Shown here one piece after another: positions 28,199-35,329 of a stretch of DNA of 35,329 nt. The stretch is from Verrucomicrobiota bacterium. Lineage in GTDB: Bacteria > Verrucomicrobiota > Verrucomicrobiia > Limisphaerales > CANJSG01. The notes under the pieces are model-generated. The model was not told the DNA's origin and did no database searches. It saw only the letters and a list, made by a program, of their open reading frames with translations. Location of the stretch: the NCBI GenBank assembly GCA_038209745.1, contig JBBQXJ010000050.1, positions 1 to 35,329 on the forward strand. Direction: 5' to 3'. Within the stretch, counting starts at the first letter, position 1; each line of letters begins with the position of its first letter. The position numbers and the translations under genes were made by a program.

Positions 28199-30520
28199 AT
28201 GCGCACACCACGAATCTGCCCCACCTGCGGAAAGCCCGTTCCCCCCGACGCCCCGCACGACGTCTGTCCCGCCTGCCTGCTCCAAGGCGGCTTCGCCACC
28301 GGCAGCCTCGCCTCCGAAGCGCCCGGCTCGCGGCCGCGCTTCACCGCTCCGACCCTGGACGAATTGGCCCCGCTCTTTCCCCAGCTCGAACTGCTGGAAT
28401 TCATCGGCCAAGGCGGCATGGGCGCCGTCTACAAGGCTCGCCAGAAGGAATTGGACCGCCTCGTCGCGCTGAAAATTCTCCCGCCCGGCATCGGCGATGA
28501 TCCTGCCTTCGCCGAACGTTTCAGCCGCGAAGCCCGCGCCCTGGCCAAGCTGAACCATCCCGGCATCGTCACCCTCTACGAGTTCGGCAAAACCCGTAGC
28601 CGCCGAGGTGACGAGGCGGAACTTTCGAGCCCCTCGAGGCCGGGCATCTCTGCCCGGCCCGCTTCCGACGAATCCGAGAACATCGACGAAAGCACGGCCA
28701 AGCCTGCCTCCGATCCGCCTCCTTACCTCGGCGGCTTCGGTCCGCTCTACTACTTCCTCATGGAGTTCGTGGACGGGGTGAACCTTCGCCAACTCCTCGG
28801 CACCGACCGCGTCTCGGCCCGCGAAGCCTTGGCCATCGTCCCGCAGATCTGCGACGCGCTCCAGTTCGCCCACGACCAGGGCATCGTCCACCGCGACATC
28901 AAGCCGGAGAACATCCTCCTCGACCGGAGGGGCCGGGTGAAGGTGGCGGACTTCGGTTTGGCCAAGCTGGTGGCTCCCGGTGGGGCCGAGTTGCCGCTCG
29001 GCCCTGATTCAAGGGCTGCACAGCAGCACAGCTCCACCGGGATCATGGGCACCCCGCACTACATGGCGCCCGAGCAGTCCAGCCGCCCCGCCGAAGTCGA
29101 TCACCGCGCCGACATCTACGCCCTCGGCGTCGTCTTCTACCAGATGCTCACCGGCGAACTGCCGGAGAAGCAGCTCCAGCCCCCGTCCAAGAAAGTCCAG
29201 ATCGACGTCCGTCTCGACGAGATCGTCCTCCGCGCCCTGGAGAAGAATCCGGACCAACGCTATCAACAGGTCAGCCAGATGAAGACCGGCGTGGACGCGA
29301 TCAGCGAATCGCCCCTTCCCGGTAGCCGCGGACATGAGTCCGCGCCATCCGTCGAATCGGAAGATCAGCGCCGGCTCACGGCGGCGGCTACGACGACCGG
29401 TTACGCTCGTCTTGCGCTGGGATTCTTCCTCGCCGGCACCTTGGGGACGCTTCTCTTGATGACCGTTTCCTACCGGCACGACATGGCGCTCATCTTCGGC
29501 GGCGTCGCCTTGGTGCTGGCCTTCGTCTTCGGCTGTCTGGGCTGGCGACAACGAATGGGCAAGTTCGTGGTCATCACCCTGTCGGCGGTTGTCTTGATCG
29601 TGGTGCTTGGGGCCTCGGCGGCTTTCCTCTTTTGGGGAATGTCCAAGGATCGCGCCGAAGCCAGCGCCCGCAACGCGGAAGCCAGAGCTCGGTTGGATCA
29701 GGTCAAAACGATGGTGGTCGCCTCCAACAAGTTCGCCTCGTCCCAACCCGCTCTCCTTGCCTCCCGTCCGGCCGACGCGCCCAAGCTCCTCTTCCTCGCC
29801 TCGCTGGCGGCCTACCTCGCCGATACGAACCGTGTCTTCCATCCCGATGGATCGCCGGTCGTGAGCGCCGAGGAGCGACTCTGGGTCGCGGAGACCTCTC
29901 CCAAGTATGACGTCACCGGTGGTTCCGTCTTGGAGTCAGACGAGCTTCGGCTTTGGTTTTCCGTTCCGGGCACGGCTGACTTCTCAAACTACGAGCTGGA
30001 TTTTCTGGATGGCTCCGGCAACCCCGTTCCCGCTGGACCAGGCGGTTCGACCCACCTCCAGTTCGGCGAGACTGAAGTCGGGAATGAGACGATCGGATGG
30101 TTCACTATGACGGTCGCCGGCCACGGAGCGCCGCCTCGTGCGACCCTCCGCTTGACCTACACGTCCGGTTCCGAGGGAGCGCCCCAGGAAATTGTTCCGA
30201 AACCCAATGTGAATCTTCTGCAAAGGCTCGAGGACGAAAGCCTGTTGAGCGCCGTCGGCGAGAACGCGGACGGCGATGCCTTCGTCTCGATCACGACCGA
30301 TCCTCGGCAGGGGAAGCGGCATCTGACAGAAGTCTTCGCCATCGCCAAAGACGATCGGGAGATCGGCTCCAACGGAAGCGCCAGTCTGGGCGACCGCAAA
30401 TCCGAGACTCGGACACAGCTCTTCGATTTCCGGATCCACTTGGCCGACGTCGCGAAGTTCCGCATCGCCTTCCGACCGATCCACACCGTGGAGTGGAAGG
30501 ACGTGCTGCTGCCGAAGTGA
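28199..30520 (+). CDS. Membrane Hanks-type Ser/Thr kinase with N-terminal zinc ribbon
   Basis: [44 protein letters not shown]; about 3 TM helices; C-terminal domain. Confidence 0.95.
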   Translation: MRTPRICPTCGKPVPPDAPHDVCPACLLQGGFATGSLASEAPGSRPRFTAPTLDELAPLFPQLELLEFIGQGGMGAVYKARQKELDRLVALKILPPGIGDDPAFAERFSREARALAKLNHPGIVTLYEFGKTRSRRGDEAELSSPSRPGISARPASDESENIDESTAKPASDPPPYLGGFGPLYYFLMEFVDGVNLRQLLGTDRVSAREALAIVPQICDALQFAHDQGIVHRDIKPENILLDRRGRVKVADFGLAKLVAPGGAELPLGPDSRAAQQHSSTGIMGTPHYMAPEQSSRPAEVDHRADIYALGVVFYQMLTGELPEKQLQPPSKKVQIDVRLDEIVLRALEKNPDQRYQQVSQMKTGVDAISESPLPGSRGHESAPSVESEDQRRLTAAATTTGYARLALGFFLAGTLGTLLLMTVSYRHDMALIFGGVALVLAFVFGCLGWRQRMGKFVVITLSAVVLIVVLGASAAFLFWGMSKDRAEASARNAEARARLDQVKTMVVASNKFASSQPALLASRPADAPKLLFLASLAAYLADTNRVFHPDGSPVVSAEERLWVAETSPKYDVTGGSVLESDELRLWFSVPGTADFSNYELDFLDGSGNPVPAGPGGSTHLQFGETEVGNETIGWFTMTVAGHGAPPRATLRLTYTSGSEGAPQEIVPKPNVNLLQRLEDESLLSAVGENADGDAFVSITTDPRQGKRHLTEVFAIAKDDREIGSNGSASLGDRKSETRTQLFDFRIHLADVAKFRIAFRPIHTVEWKDVLLPK
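28596..28738. repeat. GTAG REP doublet 1 in kinase
   Basis: 25-bp arms 28596-28620 and 28714-28738, 22/25 complementary. Confidence 0.88.
28977..29040. repeat. GTGG REP doublet 2 in kinase activation loop
   Basis: 29-bp arms, 21/29 complementary; left arm 25/30 identical to 34285-34314. Confidence 0.8.
29322..29391. repeat. GTAG REP doublet 3 in kinase juxtamembrane linker
   Basis: 24-bp arms 29322-29345 and 29368-29391, 19/24 complementary, both starting GTAGCCGC. Confidence 0.82.
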
Positions 30521-30587
30521 TGACCGCCGACTCCCGAAAATATCCTTCGCCACGCGTGGGGAGCTCCGCATCATCCTCTTTCGATCC

Positions 30588-31484
30588 ATGGCCGCCGAAC
30601 CGATCCAGTTCTTCAATCGCTACACCGGACGCACCGAGACCGAGCAGGTCTACGGCGAAGGGTTTCTCCGCTTCACCTATGGGAATCCCCTCGGCCTGCT
30701 CGCGCTGCACGCATTGGCCAAGCGCGCGATCTTCTCCCGCTGGTATGGCTGGCGGATGGACCGGAGCGTCAGCCGGTCGCGGGTCGCGTGCTTCATCGAA
30801 CGCTACGGGCTGGACGCGGGCGAGTTCGCCGACGCGCCGGAGTCGTTCCGCAGCTTCAACGAGTTCTTCTACCGCAAGCTGAAGCCCGAGGCCCGGCCCA
30901 TTGCGCCCGGGGCGAACGTCGCCGCCTTCCCGGCGGATGGCCGGCATCTTGGGCTGCAGGACATCTCCAAGGCGGACGGCTTCTACGTGAAGGGGCAGCG
31001 GCTGGAATTGGCCGGGCTGCTGGGGGACGCGGCGCTGGCGAAGGAGTTCGCCGGCGGTTCGATCGTCTTTTCGCGACTGTGTCCGGTGGACTATCATCGG
31101 TTCCACTTCCCGGTGTCGGGCGTGGTCGGCACTCCCCGGTTGATCAATGGCTTTCTCTTTTCGGTGAGCCCCATCGCTCTCCGGCGGAACATCGGCTACC
31201 TCTGCGAGAACAAGCGCTCCCTGTCCGTCATCGAGTCGCCGGAGTTCGGCCGGGTCGCGACGCTGGAGGTCGGCGCCACCAATGTCGGCAGCTGGGACTA
31301 CACGTTCGCGCCCGGGCCGGTGAGCAAGGGGCAGGAGAAGGGTTTCTTCCGTTTCGGCGGTTCGCTGACCATCACGCTCTTTGGCAAGGGCAGGGCCCGA
31401 TTGGCGGACGATCTGATCGCGCAGGCGGCGGTCAATCGCGAGGTGTATGCGCGCATTGGCGATGGGATGGCGACGGCCGTCTGA
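30588..31484 (+). CDS. psd: Phosphatidylserine decarboxylase proenzyme
   Basis: FNEFFYRKLK..ARP, PADG, RLCPVDYHRFHFP, VGATNVGS, FRFGGS cleavage site. Confidence 0.93.
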   Translation: MAAEPIQFFNRYTGRTETEQVYGEGFLRFTYGNPLGLLALHALAKRAIFSRWYGWRMDRSVSRSRVACFIERYGLDAGEFADAPESFRSFNEFFYRKLKPEARPIAPGANVAAFPADGRHLGLQDISKADGFYVKGQRLELAGLLGDAALAKEFAGGSIVFSRLCPVDYHRFHFPVSGVVGTPRLINGFLFSVSPIALRRNIGYLCENKRSLSVIESPEFGRVATLEVGATNVGSWDYTFAPGPVSKGQEKGFFRFGGSLTITLFGKGRARLADDLIAQAAVNREVYARIGDGMATAV

Positions 31485-31577
31485 ACGCAGTCCGACGGTC
31501 GCCGCAGGACCGGCCCCGCGGCGCCGGACTCGTTACTGGACAACCCTCGGACCGCTACCTACCGTCCCGCTCCTATT

Positions 31578-32510
31578 ATGGAGAAAGTTGTAATCATCGG
31601 CACCGGCTGCGCCGGATTGACCGCCGCCATCTACACGGCCCGCGCGAACCTCGCGCCGTTGGTCCTCACCGGCACCATGCCCGGCGGTCTGCTTACGACC
31701 ACCAGCACGGTCGAGAATTTCCCCGGCTTCCCGGAAGGCGTGGACGGCTACGAGCTGATGGTCCGCATGCAGCAGCAGGCCGAGAAGTTCGGCGCCCGGA
31801 TCAAGACCCTGGTCACCGTCGAGTCCGTCGACTTGTCCCAGCGCCCCTTCAAGCTCGTCGTGGACGGAGAAGCCGTGGAAACCGAGACCCTCATCATCTC
31901 GACCGGGGCCGGCCATCGGCATCTCGGTCTCGAGAGCGAACATCTGCTGGAGAAGAAGGGCGTGACCTATTGCGCCACGTGCGACGGCGCCTGGCCGATG
32001 TTCCGCAACCAGCCTTTGGTCGTGGTCGGCGGCGGTGATTCCGCCTGCGAAGAGGCGACCTATCTGACCCGCTTTGGCTCCGTGGTCCACTTGATCCATC
32101 GCCGCGATTCGCTGCGCGCTTCCAAGATCATGGCCGACCGAGCCCTGGCCAATGAGAAGGTCAAACCCATCTGGAACTCGGTGGTCACCGAAGTCCTCGA
32201 CGTCAAAGAGGACAAAGTCACCGGCGTCCGCCTGAAGAATCTCGTCACCGGCGAAGAATCGGTCCTGCCTTGCGCCGGCGTCTTTGTCGCCATCGGCCAC
32301 GTGCCCAACACCCAGATCTTCGCGGGACAGGTGGAGATGGACGAGAACGGCTACGTCATCCGCAAGGAAGGTTCCCAGACGAGCGTGCCGGGCGTGTTCG
32401 TGGCGGGCGACTGCTCGGACCCCGTCTATCGCCAGGCGATCACCGCCGCCGGCATGGGCTGCGCCGCCGCCATCGACGCCGAGCGATTCCTCGGTGCGCT
32501 CAATCAATGA
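31578..32510 (+). CDS. trxB: Thioredoxin reductase
   Basis: VENFPGF, CATCDG, GGGDSA, HRRD, FVAIGH, YRQAITAAG. Confidence 0.96.
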   Translation: MEKVVIIGTGCAGLTAAIYTARANLAPLVLTGTMPGGLLTTTSTVENFPGFPEGVDGYELMVRMQQQAEKFGARIKTLVTVESVDLSQRPFKLVVDGEAVETETLIISTGAGHRHLGLESEHLLEKKGVTYCATCDGAWPMFRNQPLVVVGGGDSACEEATYLTRFGSVVHLIHRRDSLRASKIMADRALANEKVKPIWNSVVTEVLDVKEDKVTGVRLKNLVTGEESVLPCAGVFVAIGHVPNTQIFAGQVEMDENGYVIRKEGSQTSVPGVFVAGDCSDPVYRQAITAAGMGCAAAIDAERFLGALNQ

Positions 32511-33166
32511 GGCCCGAACCCGGTTCCGAATCGCTGGGCTACTACTCGGCCCGGGCCCGGGAATACGAAGCCATTTACGACAAGCCAGAACGCCAGCCGG
32601 ATCTCCAACGGCTGGCGCTTTTGTTGAGGGAAACGTTGTCCGGTCGCAGCGTGCTGGAACTGGCCTGCGGCACCGGCTACTGGACGGAACGATTTGCGCC
32701 GGTCGCCACTCGCGTCTCCGCCTATGATCTGAGCGATGAAGTGCTCGCCATCGCCCGCACGAAAGCGGTTCCGCCGGGCCGGGTCCACTTCGGCAAATCC
32801 GACGTCTACGCTCTCCCGAAACCTCCGTTCCCGTGCGACGCCGCCGTGGCGGGCTTCTGGTGGTCCCACATTCCGAAGGCGCGGATCCGCGAGTTCCTGG
32901 CCGGACTGCATGACCGGCTCGAGCCTGGAGCGATGGTGGTGTTCTTCGACAATCGATTCGTGCCCGGCAACAACACGCGGATCAGCCGGACTTCCGAGAC
33001 GGAAGACACCTTCCAAATCCGACGGCTCGGCGATGGATCGACCCATGAGGTGATGAAGAACTTCCCGAGCCGCGAAGACCTGTTGGCGGCCATTGCGCCG
33101 GACGCGGTCGAGCCGGAGATCGTCGAGCTGACCTTTTTCTGGTTTCTGCGCTATCGGCTGAAGTGA
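32507..33166 (+). CDS. Class I SAM-dependent methyltransferase
   Basis: YYSARAREY, VLELACGTGYWT, GFWWSH; ATGA overlap with trxB. Confidence 0.88.
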   Translation: MRPEPGSESLGYYSARAREYEAIYDKPERQPDLQRLALLLRETLSGRSVLELACGTGYWTERFAPVATRVSAYDLSDEVLAIARTKAVPPGRVHFGKSDVYALPKPPFPCDAAVAGFWWSHIPKARIREFLAGLHDRLEPGAMVVFFDNRFVPGNNTRISRTSETEDTFQIRRLGDGSTHEVMKNFPSREDLLAAIAPDAVEPEIVELTFFWFLRYRLK

Positions 33167-33242
33167 CCCACGGGCCACGGATTCGGCGGGTCTTGCCGAT
33201 GCAGTGACTGCGGCCATCTCCCTCGCGTCCGTCAGATGGAGC

Positions 33243-34211
33243 CTACGGCTTGCGTTCCAGCCACGACTTCAGTTCCGCGATCTCCTCGGGGTTCAGGCGC
33301 CGGTTCGGCGGCATGTAGCCGAAGTCCACCATCACGCGGATCGGGTGCGACTGGACCTGATAGAGCTGGTCACGATCCCCGGCCTCCCGTTCGTGGCAGC
33401 GAGTGCAGAATTTCAAAGTCAGGGGTTCTCCCGTGGACGGCTTCGGCGAGTCGTCGGGGAAGTAGAACTGCGAACGGGGCTGATCGGCGATGTGGAGGCT
33501 GACCGCTGCGGCCAGCGGGGCATCCAGCACCAGATCTTCGCGGGCGGGATGAATCGCGAGGGGACCGGAGGAATGGCACTTGTAGCAGCTCGTCCCCTCG
33601 AAGTGCGGCCCCGTCTTCTTGATCTCGGCGAAGTAGTCCAGGACGGGGCTCACCGTCAGGTCCTGCACGATCGAAAAATTGGCCCACCCTTCGTCCGTCG
33701 CCGTCCGTTGCACGAGCAGATAGACCCGGACGACCGCGTTGGAGAACGCCGCGATGTGGTTCAACATCGGCCGGCGGATCACGTCCTCCTGCGTGCTGAT
33801 CAAGCCCACATCCGAGATCGGCACCGCCTCTCCCGCTTGGAACAGGCGTTTCGCCTCCATCATGTAGGCCTTCACTTCGTCGTGCGTCAGTCCCTTCGCC
33901 TCGGCGCGCGGATGCGGCGGCAGGATCACGACCGGATTGGTCCAAGACTTGTGGATCCTTTCTGGACCCACCGTGTTCATGGCCGTGACGAACTTCTCGC
34001 GGGTGAACTCCGGCAGGGTCAACGCCGGCTCCAACAGAAGGCCCGTCCCGGTGGACACGGCGGGTGCGATGGGTTTGGGCGCTTTGTCTTTCTTGGCAGG
34101 AGGCAGGTCATCCGTCCGACCGGTCGAAACAGACGCGAGCAACCAACCGGACAAAATTCCTCGAATCAGCGAAGCAGCGACGCGTTCAACGCGGAAGCGA
34201 TCGGGGAACAT
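33243..34211 (-). CDS. Secreted diheme c-type cytochrome, unknown family
   Basis: CYKCH and CTRCH; C-terminal GYMPP..LNPEEIAELKSWL; signal-like N-terminus. Confidence 0.75.
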   Translation of the reverse strand: MFPDRFRVERVAASLIRGILSGWLLASVSTGRTDDLPPAKKDKAPKPIAPAVSTGTGLLLEPALTLPEFTREKFVTAMNTVGPERIHKSWTNPVVILPPHPRAEAKGLTHDEVKAYMMEAKRLFQAGEAVPISDVGLISTQEDVIRRPMLNHIAAFSNAVVRVYLLVQRTATDEGWANFSIVQDLTVSPVLDYFAEIKKTGPHFEGTSCYKCHSSGPLAIHPAREDLVLDAPLAAAVSLHIADQPRSQFYFPDDSPKPSTGEPLTLKFCTRCHEREAGDRDQLYQVQSHPIRVMVDFGYMPPNRRLNPEEIAELKSWLERKP

Positions 34212-34284
34212 GGGCGGATGTTGGCCGAAGCGCTTCCGGATTCAAGTCGTGCCACAAGACCGATGCATCAAAATCCCTTCATGG

Positions 34285-34314
34285 GGTGGGGCAGCGGTGC
34301 CGCGCAGCCCTGAT
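34285..34314 (+). repeat. Intergenic single REP copy
   Basis: ggtggggcagcggtgccgcgcagccctgat, 25/30 identical to 28979-29008. Confidence 0.7.
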
Positions 34315-34369
34315 CGTCGTCCCGAGCGCAGCGCAGGCTGACCGCGACGCCCGAACTCCGGCCCATGAA

Positions 34370-34631
34370 CCGAATCCGCCGAAACCATGCCGGCGAATAC
34401 GGTGAACAGGTCGATGGGCTGGTCGCTGGTAAAATCGTGGTCCGACCTCACGGACAATCCTCCACGGGCGCGGATCGGCCGGACGGTGGCAGCGACGGTG
34501 AAGACTTCAAACGGCTTGCCCGAACCGGGACTCATCCGGGCCTTCATCCGCGCCGCCGTGGAAAACACCTCGAACGGTCCTCCCAGATCGAGAACCTCGA
34601 TCTCGTCGAAGACTTAGATGCCGGTTTTCAT
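34370..34631 (-). pseudogene. DJ-1/PfpI-family 5' fragment
   Basis: MKTGI*VFDEIEVLDLGGPFEVFS..PFEVFTVA..PIRARGGLSV; in-frame TAA at codon 6; truncated. Confidence 0.8.
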
Positions 34632-34701
34632 TCTGAACGGGTCAAGTTGTGGGTGTGACGTGACCTCGCCAAGGTGAGGCAGAGGGGATGTGAGAATCTT
34701 A

Positions 34702-35329
34702 GAGCCTGTCTGAAAAAGAGATTACATGGAGGGAATCAGGCGAGTCGGTTGAGCATGAGGCGGATCATGGCGGGGTAGACAAAGGCTTCGGCGCTGGATT
34801 CGGGGGTCTCGTGGTCACGGACGAGGCGTCTGTTCTGCATGAGCCAAGCGAAGGTGCGTTCGACGATCCAGCGCTGGGGCAGGACCACGAAGCCGGTGGC
34901 GACCTCGTGGCGTTTGACGACCTCGACCCCCAGCGCGGGCCGGTGTTCGCGGGCCTTTTTGGCGAAGTCCTCTCCGGTGTAGCCGCCGTCGACCCACCGC
35001 TTCTTGAACCAGCCCAGCCAGCAGAGCACGGTGGCCGGCACGGCGAGGCCGCCGACCCGTTCGGGCGTGCTGGCGGGGGTGGCCTTCACGGCCAGCACCA
35101 TTCCGAGGGTATCCACCAGGAGGTGGCGTTGGCGGCCCTTGATCTTCTTGGCCGCGTCGTAGCCGACCCGGCTGCCGTGGGGACTGGCCTTCACGCTCTG
35201 GCGGTCGAGGACGCCGGCCGAGGGCTGGCAGTTCTTGCCGGCGGCGTGGCGCACCCTCGCACGGAGCCGGGCGTTGATGACGGCCCAGGTGCCGTCCTTG
35301 GTCCAGCGGCGGAAGACAGGGTAGACGGT
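34702..35329 (-). mobile_element. IS5-family (IS1031-group-like) element, right part
   Basis: Terminal GAGCCTGTCTGAAAAA at 34702 preceded by TTA; transposase CDS inside. Confidence 0.85.
34736..35329 (-). CDS. IS5-family transposase (5' truncated by window edge)
   Basis: Open to the window end: FRRWTKDGTW, LDRQSVK, GYDAAKKIKGR, VDTLG, VDGGY, RWIVERTFAW. Confidence 0.88.
   Translation of the reverse strand, partial: TVYPVFRRWTKDGTWAVINARLRARVRHAAGKNCQPSAGVLDRQSVKASPHGSRVGYDAAKKIKGRQRHLLVDTLGMVLAVKATPASTPERVGGLAVPATVLCWLGWFKKRWVDGGYTGEDFAKKAREHRPALGVEVVKRHEVATGFVVLPQRWIVERTFAWLMQNRRLVRDHETPESSAEAFVYPAMIRLMLNRLA

Noticed and set aside
28595..28738. Kinase insert as a mini-intein
   Set aside because: Too short, no terminal His-Asn or C/S/T junction; the DNA palindrome explains it.
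1..35329. CRISPR array, tRNA, rRNA
   Set aside because: No regularly spaced direct repeats or RNA gene signatures seen.

Overview
High-GC bacterial DNA, most likely Verrucomicrobiota/PVC (inferred from DUF1549/DUF1553+DUF1501, prepilin H-X9-DG protein, zinc-ribbon Ser/Thr kinase-ECF pair). It runs from an ISL3 end (left) to an IS5 end (right). It contains sugar-nucleotide genes, a fluoride riboswitch with a CLC-F exporter, a probable olsB-olsA pair, an ECF sigma / dockerin-like anti-sigma / cohesin-like / VIT-vWA operon with two copies of a candidate ECF promoter, guaA, a glycoside hydrolase, esterase, iaaA, PHP phosphatase, psd, trxB, a diheme cytochrome and several pseudogene fragments. Most striking: short palindromic REP/REPIN-like and heptamer repeats sit in frame inside at least five apparently intact genes. 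Three are in the Ser/Thr kinase alone, one forming its activation loop. Related copies occur in intergenic DNA of this window. All calls are by eye; no searches were run.
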